From contig OU015567.1 of the NCBI GenBank assembly GCA_907165135.1, positions 1,984,001 through 2,048,000 on the forward strand: a stretch of 64,000 nucleotides of DNA. Direction: 5' to 3'. The translations under genes were made by a program, and so were the position numbers. Under the pieces are notes generated by a model, which had not been told where the DNA came from, made no database searches, and was given only the letters and a program-made list of their open reading frames with translations. Numbering within the stretch: position 1 is the first letter of the stretch; each line of letters opens with the position of its first letter. The stretch is from Oikopleura dioica. Lineage: Eukaryota > Animalia > Chordata. This document shows positions 21,171 to 33,626 of this stretch, one piece after another.

Positions 21171-22212
21171 GGTCACAGGCTCGATCAATTTTCTTGAACC
21201 AACTCTAAAAAAACTCTTATCACTAGAAACGAATTGAATTTAGCTCGAGACGTCAGCTCCACTAATTGCAACTAATAAAATCTCCTCCCTGGCCAGTTGT
21301 CTCGGCCCGCAAACAACGGCCGCCAGGAAATTTCAATCTGTAAATTTCGCGCCACACTTACCTCATCCTGCGGTCAACAATGCTCCAGAAAAACACAACA
21401 AGACTACAACTGCGTCAATCTGATTTCCTGGATCAACCACCAAACCAAATTTCATCCCCTTTTACCGCTTAATTTTTCTCTTGAACTTGAGGCGCAATTT
21501 AAAAGGCCGGGCAAGTTCAAGAAAAAAATGTTAAAAGAAAAGTCACTTTATTGATTTTCTTGAACAGTCAGTTTTGCGAAAGGTTATCATTGCTTGAAGT
21601 TGAGTTTCAAAATGTAGTCGATGAATTCGACAATATTCAGTGAGCACTTCCTTGATTTAGGAAATGATTAAACTTTTCTCTTCCTCCGTTTGAAGAAAAT
21701 AACCTGAAAATACTTTCTCTTTTTTCGAAAATTTTGCATAAAACTTACTGTAAGTTGCTCTTGCTCGGACATTGAAAGCCAAGGACTGATCCTATCAAGA
21801 TTTTTGCCCTGACAACAACAGTTTTTCTAGAGAATTTTCAGTTTATTGACTGTGGCTTAAAATTTTATCTAAGTGTGGCAAAACAAAAATTCCAGCTTCT
21901 AGAGATTCTCAAGTTCTTCTTTTGAAGAGAACGTCTCGCTCCGGGATCTTTTTGTCTAGCATCATTTTCAGTAAAAGCTTTTCATTTTAACAATCTTTCT
22001 GCATCTATCACTGCGCCAAATGAAAAAGCATCATTTTATCCATTTTTGGTTGATTTTCTCGCTGATCTTCGCTCTTTTTTCTTTTTCGAAAAAGTCCGTC
22101 GAGGACGTCTTTTTCAAATTTGTTTGTTTAGATTTCAAATAAACATGGCTTTTCATTCAATAACCTGATTTCAATAGGAAAGAATTGAGAAATTTTGAGC
22201 GAAAAAAAAGAC

Positions 22213-23827
22213 ATGAAAATTTTTTCTTTGGCTTTATTGGGCCTTGCTGCGTCTGATCAGGTTAAATAAAAATTGGTCTTGGATTTTTATGAAATTTTAG
22301 ATGGAGGAAATCGGGGCGAAATTCAAAAGCGAGTTCGAAGGGAATTTGAAGCACAACGTGAAGTACTACACGAAATCGAATGGAAAAGGTCGCAATGTGA
22401 GTTTATTCCTCCCAGCCCAGAAAGTTGGCTTATTTTCGAAGCAAACACGATTTTAATGAATTTACTCAACTTTCCACTTTCATCGCGTTTTGGGGCGCGG
22501 CGAGAGCAATCACGTTTTCTGTTTTAGAAAACCTATCGAAGACTCGACGAAGCAAATAAACTTCCCTATGGACTCTCATTGAAAGAAGGTAAAAATTGAT
22601 TAACAGCGAAAAATAGGCGCTTTTTAAGGTCAGTTCTGAAAATGTCACGACTGTCACGATTTTGTGACATTCGTGACATTCATGCAACTTGTGATATTCA
22701 TCGCATTCGTGCCATTTGTGATATTCGTGACATTAGTGCCATTCGTGACATTCGTGGCATTCGTTACAGTCGTGACATTCGTCACAGTCGTGATGTTCGT
22801 GCCACTCGTGACAAGCGTCACAGTCCTGACGTTCGTGCCATTCGTGCCATTCCTGTCATTCGTGACAGTCGTGCCATTCGTGACATTCGTGACAGTCGTG
22901 ACATTTTCAGCACTGTCGGCTTTTTTAAAAAATTAGTAAAGGTCAAATTTGTGACCGTTTATTTCATTTTTCAGCGGATTTTGACCTTGCGTTTGATTTC
23001 TGCGACGATAATGGCGATGGAGTCGTAAGTATATTATTTATCAATAATTCGCTCCCGGACATGACTTTTTTCAAAGATCAACATCAAAAAAGAAATTCCC
23101 AAATGCACCGAAAAAGCGATGAAAATCATGAGCGCGCAAATCGGCGAAACCGAGGAACTGCCAAAAATCGGCATGCGCGCCCGAAAGAAGTTCGATTTCG
23201 ACCATGACAGAGTGCTCTCAAAGGTGACTTTTTTCTCGGGCGAACGCTTCCTAATCGGATCTCAGAGCGAATTCGCCACATCGTGTGCGGTTTTGAACAA
23301 AAGCTTCGCGCAGACGATCATTTCAATTTTTGATGGCATCGATGGCAGCGAACCAGTAAGTCGATTAATTTTTGCACTTCAGTTGTTTTAATAATTGTAC
23401 TTTTCCAAGACCGTCTGTACAGATACTGACCCGTCTGTAGTGTTAACTCTACAGTGTTGAGGAGGATAAATTATTCAAATTTTGATACTTTAGTTGACTC
23501 CTCTCTAAGAGCTTTTCAAGTTGCCCCTTATTTTTTGTACCTTTCTTTCTTTTCTTTTTTTTTCTGAAATCAAGGAAGAGAACCAACTTTTCAACCTAGA
23601 ACGGAGCGCTCAATGGAATGACCGAAGTAATCGCCATGGGCGGAATGATGTCAAAGTTCTACGAAAACGTCGATCAAAGCACTTCCCGAGGCCTCCTTAA
23701 CTCGGTCAACGTCGATGGAAACGCCGCAGCGGACAAGATGACAATTACAGAGCTCGAGATTCAAGATTTCATGCAAAAATTAATGACTGCCGCTCTGGAA
23801 ACTTGCTTCAAAAATGACTGTATTTAA
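22213..23827 (+). CDS. Secreted or ER-lumenal multi-EF-hand-like calcium-binding protein
   Basis: Signal peptide MKIFSLALLGLAAS; ~7 exons with GT-AG introns. EF-like loops FCDDNGDGVINIKKE, FDFDHDRVLSKSEF, FDGIDGSEPNGALN and VNVDGNAAADKMTITELE; ends CFKNDCI*. Confidence 0.75.
22631..22915. mobile_element. 285-bp CAGT-ended foldback element filled with 9-bp microrepeats, in an intron
   Basis: 29-bp TIR cagt(t/g)ctgaaaatgtcacgactgtcacga with one mismatch. The interior is ~25 copies of ca(t/g)tcgtg(a/c). Confidence 0.85.
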
Positions 23828-24541
23828 ATTCAGAATAAAAAGTTCGCAGATTTCAAATTTAAAATTTAAACATCTTCACATTTATTAATTACAATTTGAT
23901 TGCCGGAAAACGATGATGGAAGGGAGCAAATATTTCCCACGTGAGAATTGAATAATTTTTCATGCTTCGTGGCGGACCATCGCTCCAAATATCGAATGTA
24001 ATACTTTGAAATTATGTTAATCGGCTCAAAAAACTTGAGGTTAGATATTGTCTCAGTAGCAAATAATTTCTGCACTTTTTTTATTGCTGTTAGTTGTACT
24101 CAATCACCATCTTATCCATAAACACACATTCTTACCAGAATAAGCCCCATTATGGTTACTGAAAAACCACAAAGCCAGTAAAACGAGAGTCCAGCATCAT
24201 CAACAGATTCTCTTAAAAATCATAAAAATCTCTCCAGTATTATTTTTCCTTACAAAAGTGACTTTTGTCGCGGCATCATTTATAAAAATCAACTATTCGA
24301 AATCTCATTATAAAAGCATCATCCTCTTACACTAACCACTCCGTTTTTTTGAGCGAGAAAAGAACAGAATCGATGTTGTATGAAGGGATTCAACCCCCAA
24401 GGGGAGCGTCTTGATCTTTCTGTACCCTGAAATAATTTAAAAACGGTATTCAGAGATTGATAAAAATTAATTAACTGGTCACGAGACCTCGTTCTTCTAT
24501 AAGTTGATTATTGCTCTAATAGATTTAAAAGAAGCCGTTTC

Positions 24542-24612
24542 AGGGTGTCAACATCGATTTTGTCAAAATTGGCAAACTTGGCAAACTTTGACAAAATCGA
24601 TGTTGACACCCT
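24542..24612. mobile_element. 71-bp hairpin mini-MITE
   Basis: Perfect 26-bp inverted arms agggtgtcaacatcgattttgtcaaa around a 19-nt spacer containing ttggcaaac twice. Confidence 0.8.
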
Positions 24613-24949
24613 TAATTTTGCTTTAAAACTTTTTTACTAATATTTATAATTATTTATTATTGTTTTCTCTGCAATAGTTATATAGAAATTGTGCCTGAGA
24701 GTTGATCTTATTTCAAAGTATTGATAGATGCAAATAACAACATGCAATTCTTGAGAGGTAGGTCTCTTAGCCTTGTTCCGATGATAAACATTTCGCGGTT
24801 AAAACTCATGTTTGTTACTTCAACATCGCGATAGAGAGATGGAGAGAGAACTCGAAGAGAATCGCCAGAAAATAGTTCATTCTCGTTTCGGAAATTTATA
24901 AGAAACACATCTTTCAAAAAGTATAAATTTTCAAAGAATAAACTAGAGA

Positions 24950-26806
24950 ATGAAACTTTCGAGCGTCCTTATCGCCTCCGTCTCGGCGGGATACTATCAA
25001 GGCCACAAACATCTGGCAGGAAAAGAGCTCGAGGAGAGAACTGCTAAATGCGATGCGAAAGTCGATGAAGTAAAAGAGACCTACAGCATTGGAGGCCAAG
25101 GCTGGTGGGATTGCCAAGGCTATGGATCTGGAAATCCAAAGGTGTTTTGCTACCCAAAGTGTCCAAGTGGAAAGAAGGCTAACTGGCCTTCGAATTCCGT
25201 TCCTGAGCTGAAGGTCATGTGCGGCAATCCACCAAGTGTCATGAAACAGTAAGTACCATAGCATGTTATCAATTACAGTCTGTTACTGACACATAAAAAG
25301 ATCATTCTGAAATTTTAAAGAGAAATCAAAAAATCTTTGTAGAAATCTCCCTGACAACTTCGCTCTGGCATGTGACGATGTCGCTCAAAAAGGATCAAAA
25401 AGTCATGCTTGTGAAAAGGGAATCGATCATTCCACGGTGTACGGCACGTTAAAGATGCAGAAAAAGATCAACAGAGCGAGAGCGATGTACACACTTGAAT
25501 GTGAAAATAAGGAGAAGACCTGGCATCTTTGCAAAAGAATATTTGCTAGAAACAGAAACACTTGGAAAACGGTAAAATAAAACTTAAATTCATCTCGAAA
25601 AAAATCTTATTTTCTTTGTTCTAGAAAAAAGTTTGGAGTAATCAGATGCCGGCTTGCGAAAAGCCAGAGGAACCAGAAGAACCCGAAACACCCGAAGAAC
25701 CAGAAACACCTGAAGAACCTGAAACTCCCGAAGAACCAACAGAACCAGAAGTTCCAGATGACGAATCGGACAAGACTCCAAGCGGCGAATTCGTTGCTCT
25801 GACAAACGAAATCACCGCGAATCTGAACACTTGCACTCAAGAAGAAAACTTCGATCTCACCGAAAAATCCCTCTTCGGCGCATCTTCAGATTCCGACGAC
25901 GAAGAGAACAGAATCGTCGGTGGAGTAGCCGCTGCTGACAATGCATGGCCTTGGATCGTTCGACTTGAATTGAGAGCATACAGCAACGCTGTTTACAGTT
26001 GCGGTGGAAGTATCATTGCGAATCGATGGGTTGCCACTGCCGCTCATTGCTGCAGAGGAATGAGGAGCATAACGGGAGTATTTGGTGATCTCAGAAGATA
26101 TGGATTTGACAGTAAGCTCACAACATCCTTCCTTATTTAACCGTTTTTTTAAAGGCCAAGAGTACAGACTCACCACTGACAAGTTCTACAATCACTGGGA
26201 ATACGGACAGAGAGGCGATGGAAACTCTGGAAACAACGACGTCTGCATCATCAAATTCAACGAAGACATTCTCGAAGCAGATCCTGAGAAGAAGACGCGA
26301 ATCGCTTGTATTCCAAAGAAAAAGGAAGTTCACGGCGCAGGCTGTTGGGTCGCTGGCTGGGGCACATTGAAATCCGGTGGTTCGCTTTCTCCTGAGTTGA
26401 TGTCTGTTGGCGTCAATATTATGGGACATGATTATTGGCACGGGTTTTTTTCTTGATAAAAATGATTTTTTTCACTTTTGAAAATTAGTCGACTTTAAGA
26501 TAAAAAAAACCGTTAAAAAGCATGAACAACTCAAATTTCGCCAATCTCAATTACAAACTCGCCGAAGATGATATTTGCGCCGCCAAACCCGATCTCGACG
26601 GAGATGGAAAAACCGACGCGGGTGCTGATGCTTGCCAGGGTGATTCCGGAGGACCTCTCATTTGCCCAGTCGATGGAAAAGCTACGCTGATGGGTGTTGT
26701 TTCAAGAGGATACGGCTGCGCGTGGGAAGGCTACCCAGGTCTCTACACTTCTTTGTCTACTACGTACGATTGGGTTAAAAAGAAAATCCTTGCTAGAGGA
26801 CTCTAA
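24950..26806 (+). CDS. Trypsin-like S1 serine protease zymogen with Cys-rich N-terminal region and Pro/Glu linker
   Basis: TATA box at ~24922, signal peptide, (EEPETP)n linker, R-IVGG activation site, AAHC, NNDVC and [10 protein letters not shown] (Asp189 present); ends ILARGL*. Confidence 0.95.
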
Positions 26807-26983
26807 CTCACTCGCTCTCTACCTTTTCTGTTATTTTCTCCGTTTGATAATAAACCATGATCTATTTCATACAAAAAATCTTGTCTCAGTAAAGATAATG
26901 AGTCATTCCTTGCGTCAGATTTGAAGAATCAATAAAGAACTTTCGAAATTTTTAAAAATCAAAACTCCGCCATTTGTAAAAAT

Positions 26984-28048
26984 ATGAGCTTGAAAGGACA
27001 CCTAGCGCTTGTTACCGGCAGGTTTGAAGAGAATTTAAGTTTTCCGCCTGATTTTTTCGCTCAGTACAAGTGGCATCGGTCTTGGAATAGCCACGTCTCT
27101 GGCTGATGCAGGGGCGAATTTGGCGATAAATGGATTTGGGCCGGATGAAGAGATTCAAAAAATTCTTGGTTCTCTTAGAGCGAAAAATGTCAAAGGAAAA
27201 GTTCCAAAAGAAAGTCACGTGATTGTTTTCTTTCAATGAATTTTGCCAATTTGAACGCTTCGAAAGCGGAGTTCGTGAGCTTCGACGTTTCTGACGCTGA
27301 AAAAGTCGAAGAAGGGATCAAAAAGGCCAAAGAAATCTTCGGCCAACCAGTTGATATTTTGGTCAACAATGCTGGTATTCAATTCACTTCTCCGACCGAA
27401 GACTTTCCGGTGGAAAAATTCGACCAAATCATCAAGATCAACATGTCTTCGAATTTCTACGCGATCAAGGCGGTTTTGCCAGGTTCGAATTTTTGTGATA
27501 AAAATCGTTCTATTTGAGAAGATATGAAGGCGCAGAATTGGGGCCGAATCATAAACATTTCCTCCGCTCATGGAAAAGTCGCTTCGGCGAACAAGATCGC
27601 TTATGTCGCCGCAAAACACGGTGTTTTGGGAATGACAAAGGTTGGAAAATATATTGTTGAGTCTTTTTTTTTCGAATTCCTCAGGTTGTGGCTCTAGAAA
27701 CAGCGAAAACCGGGATCACCTGCAATGCGATTTGTCCTGGTTGGGTTTTGACACCCTTAGTTGAGGTTCGAGCTAGAATTTTTTCTGAGATATCGTTTAT
27801 CGATTTAGACTCAAATTCGAAAACGCGCTGCTGAAAACGAAACTTTTGAAGTCGAAAAGAAAAAGCTGCTAGAAGAAAAACAGCCCTCTGGAGATTTCGT
27901 GAAAATCGAAGATTTAGGTACTCAGATTCTTTTTTCATCTAAAAATCAAGCATTTTCAGGGGCAATGGTCGTCTTTCTCTGCTCAGAAGCAGGCGCGAAC
28001 ATTCGCGGCTCTGATTTTTCCATGGACGGTGGTTGGACCGCTCAATAA
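26984..28048 (+). CDS. D-3-hydroxybutyrate dehydrogenase, bacterial-type SDR (7 exons)
   Basis: Spliced translation has TGSTSGIG, NLAINGFG, NNAGIQ, GRIINISSAHG, NKIAYVAAKHG, NAICPGWVLTPLVETQI, KQPS and DGGWTAQ*. Six introns of ~40-70 nt. Confidence 0.9.
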
Positions 28049-28247
28049 TTATTTAATTTTCCGAGCCATGTTTTGGCAATAAATGGTTATGAAAAAATGT
28101 TCGAATTTTTTGTTTAAAGCTAAAACTAGTTCTCCGAGCAAATTTATTATTTCATCTCAAAACATTGTCTCTTACCGCTGGTTTTAACCAAAAACGCGCG
28201 GTTCCATTTTTGTTCCATCAAAAAATATATAAAAAAAAAAGACTCGA

Positions 28248-29332
28248 ATGAAGCTTTTTACCATCTTTTTCTCAGCTTTCTTGGCTGAAAATTGCAGAGA
28301 AAATGTCCGACTTGGCTACGACGGCGAATTTCCTCTAATTCCTCTTGCTTCTACCCAGGGATCGGGGAACACTTGGACCAGGCAGTTGCTCGAAGCTGCT
28401 ACTGGGATTTATACGGGGAGTATTTACAATGAAACGAGAGTGATAACGGAGGATGGCTTTGTTGGAGAAGCGGCGAAAATGCTCTCGGGGCGAACGATTG
28501 GGAATAAAAATCATGGAAAGAGCTTTTTGAGCTTTGCTTACGGGGCGATTCTTATTATCAGGTACACTTCTATTATCCTTAAGACTGAAAAAGACTCAGG
28601 CCATTTTTCTCGAGAATCGACGATGGAGTAATAAGAAACTCCCTTTTGTCGAATAAAAAAATTGATATATGGTTTCTCAGGAAAATCTTTTCAGAAATCC
28701 ATACGATGTCTTCAAAGCCGAATTCAACCGAAAAAACTCTCGAGAATACGACCGAAACGGCGGGCACACCGGTCTCGCAAAAGAACATCTCTTCCTCTCT
28801 GAAAAGTGGGACATCTTCGTCCAAGTCATGATTCGCCGATGGTTGGGCATCAACGAGGCTTACATTCGAGAAGGGCAGATTGAAAGTGAAATTCCAATCC
28901 AAATTGTCTACTTTGAAGATTTGAAGGAAAACGCTGCGAAAGAGATGGAAAAAGTGCTTTATTTTCTGGAGCAAAATATTGGCTTCAGACCGGATGATGC
29001 TGAAAAACGACTCGATTGCATCAGAAATGTAAGGGCGTTGATACCATAAATACTTATCTACGATATTTTAGTCCGAAGCCGAATTCGAAAAATTCAAGCG
29101 ACCAAAACAAGAACTCGACTTTGAAATCTGGAACGCGACGAAAATCGAAGCTGTCGATGCAGCAATCTACCAACTATCACAGGCTATCGAGGAAGCTGGT
29201 CTCCCACCAATGCCAAACTATTACAAGAGCGAGAAATTTTTGAATTTCAATGCTGAAGATTTCGAAGGAGTTGAAATAAGGCAAGATCGAGATCGCGTGA
29301 GAAGACTTTACAACAAATATCGAAGCCTGTAA
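28248..29332 (+). CDS. WSCD-family sulfotransferase-domain protein (no WSC domain seen)
   Basis: PAPS-binding LASTQGSGNTWTRQLLEAATGIYTGSIY, IIR|NPYDVFKAEFNR, VYFEDLK, KRLDCI and FKRPKQ. Three exons; stop at 29330-29332. Confidence 0.85.
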
Positions 29333-29608
29333 TGATTTTTATTGATAATTCAAGCTGCAAATAAATTCATTTTCCTATAAAGACGAAAAATTGGCGACTT
29401 TTGAAGCATAATTTCAAGTTTGGCTTCTGATTGGCTCATTTAGAAAATGCAGGCTTTTGATTGGTCAAGAGCTTCTTTTAAAAAATGATTTCTATTTTAA
29501 ATGAAAATGAGTCCAAATAGTATAAATTTTATTTACAAACGAGGTTTGAAGCAGGGCAGAATCGTGAACTGGTAAACAGAAAAAAAAATAATAAATTAAT
29601 CAAGAACT

Positions 29609-32600
29609 TTATCGGAAGTCCCCTCTTGGCATAATGGAAGCTTCAACTTCACCATCTCTCACAGGGTAGTCATGAATGCTTCTTTCAATGTTCGTGTTTT
29701 TACTCCACGATGATCCGGCTGAATGAAGGAAGACGGAAGATTGGAGGCAAACCTCTTGCTCGGCCATCGAAAGAATTTCCCAGAATCGATCATCGAGCTC
29801 AGAGCAACCAGCGTTCTTGTAGTATTTTCTGATGAAGGGCTCAATCTTAATTTTTTTAGTAAATAAAAATTCATCATTTTTCCTTCTTACATCAGTTTGA
29901 ACGAAGATTTTCAACTCCGGGTTGATCTTCTTCAATTCTTCTCGCATTCGTTCCATCAAATCCAGTTCTGATGGAGGAGTTGCAATGTACATTGTCTACA
30001 AGATGTTTTGATTTCTGCTTTCAAAAGAAATGTCTACCTTGATGATATTGGGAATGATTCGGCCTTTTTCGTTGTTGACATTCGCCCAGGTTTTTGTCAG
30101 GAATTCGTTGACCTGCATTGCGAAATTTCGAGGATCGCGCATGTAGGTTAGTTTTCGGCAGATTTCGGGGATTTTATCCTCACCATCCCCATTACGCTTA
30201 AGAGTTATTTTAAAATCATTATTTTTCGAAGGTTCAAGTTAATGATCTATATTTCATAGTTAAGTGTCAGAAAAAATGTGCATTCATTTTATGAAACTGC
30301 AGAGCAGGAAATGTTATGAGCGAATTGAGCAAACTAAGGCTTCATTTTTTCTACAATAAAAAATTGTGAAAAAAATCTGCTTATATGGCTCACTGAGGCT
30401 GATGAAATCTTATCCTTCTAGCATCAATGGTAAAATCGAACTGTACTTATCAGTTACTATCTACTTCAAAAATTGATAAAATCTTTCAGGACTTACCTTA
30501 GCTGCCTTATAATGTCCATCCTTAATATCGCAGCCTCCATGCCACCAGTCTCCAGCATTGTACCTCCAGTGCATAGAAACATACGTTTCATCTCCTCCGA
30601 TCGCGTTCTTGACGAATTCTTGCACGACTTCTTCGATATGCAAAGGTCTACCAGTAGCTTTCATGATGTCTTTCATCAGTTCTTTGTCTTCGTCGTTGAT
30701 TTTTGGGTGGAAGAGGTTCCGGGCGAAGTTGATGTCCATGTAGGGATAGGCCATGATTGCGCAAGAGTGGTCGGAGTCGTAGATTGTTTCCATGATTCTA
30801 GAGCTCAGGTAATGCTCAGTTTCAAGGAGATTTTAGCAAAAAGTGCTTCATTTTTTTATCAGACATAATAAAATAAGGGTGTCTAGGATAACTAGGATAA
30901 AAATAGAAGAAAAGCTGATTTTGGCTTGGTTTGATTATGAAAAATCTTAGGAACATCTGCGCGTAACAAAATTAAGTTTTTTGAATAAATATGCATACAA
31001 AATCGACTCACGTATTATTTCCATCCTGCGCCAGTCTAGAGAGCTTCATCGGAGTTTTGTTCAAATTCGGAACCTTCGGCAGGCTCACATTTTCCAAGCA
31101 AACTCCTTCGTTCCATTCATCGCAATTGACATTGTCAACTTCGCAATCGACCTTTTCGCAAGTTTTGATCAGACGGCCTTGATTTTGAGAACCACCTTTT
31201 CTGGCAAGTTGGTAAAAGACACTATGTTTGGCTTGAAATAATGATCAAAATAAAAAATAGACGATAATTTATTACATAATTCTTTCAATTTAATCCCCTC
31301 AAGAGCACTTCTCTCTCCGTATTGTTCCTGCAAACAGCACCGCTTTGGGTCTAAATGTTTACCCCTCGCCGATGTTGTTAGTGCCATAATCATGTCTTCT
31401 ACCCAAAAAACATGCAACGTTCAATCAACCGTATTTCAAGCCCGTTTCCTGAATTCGCCGTTTTCGCAAATATCTGGAACGGATTCGAGAGGCTTTGTGT
31501 TCATTAATCGTCGCATCTTCAGGATCGAAACTCGCTCATTTGGCTCGACTTCTTCCAAATACTCGTGGACAGCTGTTGGGTCGGCTCGGTCGTGTTTGAA
31601 GAATTTTGGCTGAAAAGAAGAAATTTTGTAAATCGGATTTCAAGAAGGGCTCAAGAAATAGCTCAAGGCGCGCTTATGACAGGAAATCCCGTTTTCTGGA
31701 AAATCTGGATGATCTTTTCTGGCCACGAAAGAGGATTTGATGGTTTCAAAAGTGGTCATAACTTTGATATTCTTATTACAAAAAATTCCGTTTTAGAACT
31801 TTTCCTACTCAAAGGGTGTTTTCTAAGATTCCTGAAAAGCCAATTTTGCATGTTCATTATACGATTATCGCGTCGATAAGACTCCTACGGATGTTCAAGC
31901 AAACTTACCATAATGTAAGATCTCTTCAATTTAATGGCGATGAACATTGTTTCCCTCAAACCCAAGAGTTGATTGTTGGGCCCATTCATCAGCACAGAGG
32001 TCAGGAATTTGTCAGGTCGGGTTTCGTACTTTGCCAGAACGTTTTCTTCTCGGAATTCTGCGGCGGTGTATTCGGCTGAAAGGGGGCAGATTTTTTGTGA
32101 TTCTTCAACCGCGTTTTCGTACAGATCATCGTAGTTTTCTTCTTCGCTTTCTGATGACTCATCTTCGTCTTCGTCCTCTGAAATTCACGATAAGAGCTGA
32201 CTCAGGTTTCGATGCAGATTTTCGAGCCGAAAATCCTGATTTCTTACCGGTTATCTCTTCCCACTCCTCATCAGAAATCGTCTCTTCCGCCTTTGGCGCT
32301 GGATAAAATCTTCCACCAAGGGTTTCGAGGGAATCACTCTTCATTAACTCTCCAGCTGCCGCATTATTTTGAAGAAATTGAATTTCTTCACGGAGACTTT
32401 CGACTTCATTTTCAGTGACAGAATTTTCTTCGTCTGTCTCTTCTAGTTTTTCTTCCAAAAGACGGATTTTTTCACCAAGAAGCTCGTATTGAACGCTGAT
32501 CTTTTCAAGAGATAATTATTTTTTTCCGAAATATTAAAATTATTTTTATTAAAAAAATATGAAATTATTTTTTTCATTTTTTTCTCTCTTTCCTTATCAA

Positions 32601-32727
32601 TCTGGTACTCTTCCACTTCTCCGAAAAATCTCTCTTTAGCGAAAAGATTCAAATAAAAGAACCCCGCCAGTGCGATAAAAGCAAGTATAGCCAAGCAATC
32701 TCTATTCGATCTTCCTATTTCAAGCAT
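29609..32727 (-). CDS. O-fucosyltransferase-family (GT-B, POFUT/O-FucT-like) type II membrane protein
   Basis: N-terminal TM CLAILAFIALAGFFYL, coiled-coil stem, YVSMHWRYNAGDW, MYIATPP and EQEVCLQSSVFLHSAGSSWSKNTNIER motifs across many exons. Confidence 0.8.
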
Positions 32728-33626
32728 CTTGAAAACTTATATTTTCTAAAAGAAAAAACGCGCGCTTTTTCTTCAAGTTTTTTTTTCTAGCGCGCTCACG
32801 GGCGCCCGCTTCGTTCCGCAAATTTCTCTACTTTCTTTTTTTTTTTCTTGCTTTGGCCGAAAATGTTTTGAGGTGTTTGGGATGCAAACTACTAGGGACC
32901 AGAAAAAAATGATTGGAGTCGTAATCTTTCGGCGTAAAATGACGAATGTTTGGAAGAGAATAGGATTTCGCTAATTTTGATCGATCGCTTCTTCTACCGG
33001 ATTGTTTTTGAGAATATTTCCCATCGTATTCGCGTTAATATCCTCAGAATAGAAAAAATAGATATTTTTCGGTAAAAAAAGCTAGCAAAAAATCGAATAA
33101 ACGAGCTTTCTGAATTCTCAGGGCGCCACTTTGAGTCCAATCAATGAAAAAGATGTGAAAAATTGCCATTTTCAAGCCGATTTTGTCAAAAAAAAAAATC
33201 GCAAAATTATCAAAGTTTTCGACTAGAAATGACTTCAAAAATGAAAAAAATATGATTCCCGGTTATATAAAACGTGAAGTTTTGAATTTGACATTTTTGA
33301 CATTTTTTCCGATGCAACCCTTATTTATACAGCTGCAAGTCTTTATTTTAATAGGGACCCTCTTGATTTTCTTATGAATTCTTAGAAATGGCATTATCCA
33401 TCATTGTTTAATTTCTAGCGGTTACAGGAGGTATTTCTTCAAAAAATATTTTTAGCGACTAAAGTTGAATACTTGCAGCTTCTTCTTGACCGCAAAACAT
33501 TCCGCAAAATTCGAAAAGCTTTTTGCAGATTTACAATCTTGAGTCAATAACGGGTCTCTTTCGACAAAACTGATTATCAAAAAAGCTGAATTTTTATGCG
33601 AAAAATATTTTTAATGAAAATTTTTT

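Noticed and set aside
22642-23028. RDI-repeat ORF, or a CRISPR-like appearance of the short-repeat arrays
   Set aside because: The 9-bp, 57-bp and 142-bp arrays are head-to-tail with no unique spacers. There are no cas genes and the context is eukaryotic.
27196-27270. Non-canonical GA-AG intron in the HBDH gene
   Set aside because: An alternative canonical GT-AG solution (aaa|gttcca..gcggag|ttc) also restores the frame, so it cannot be decided without cDNA.
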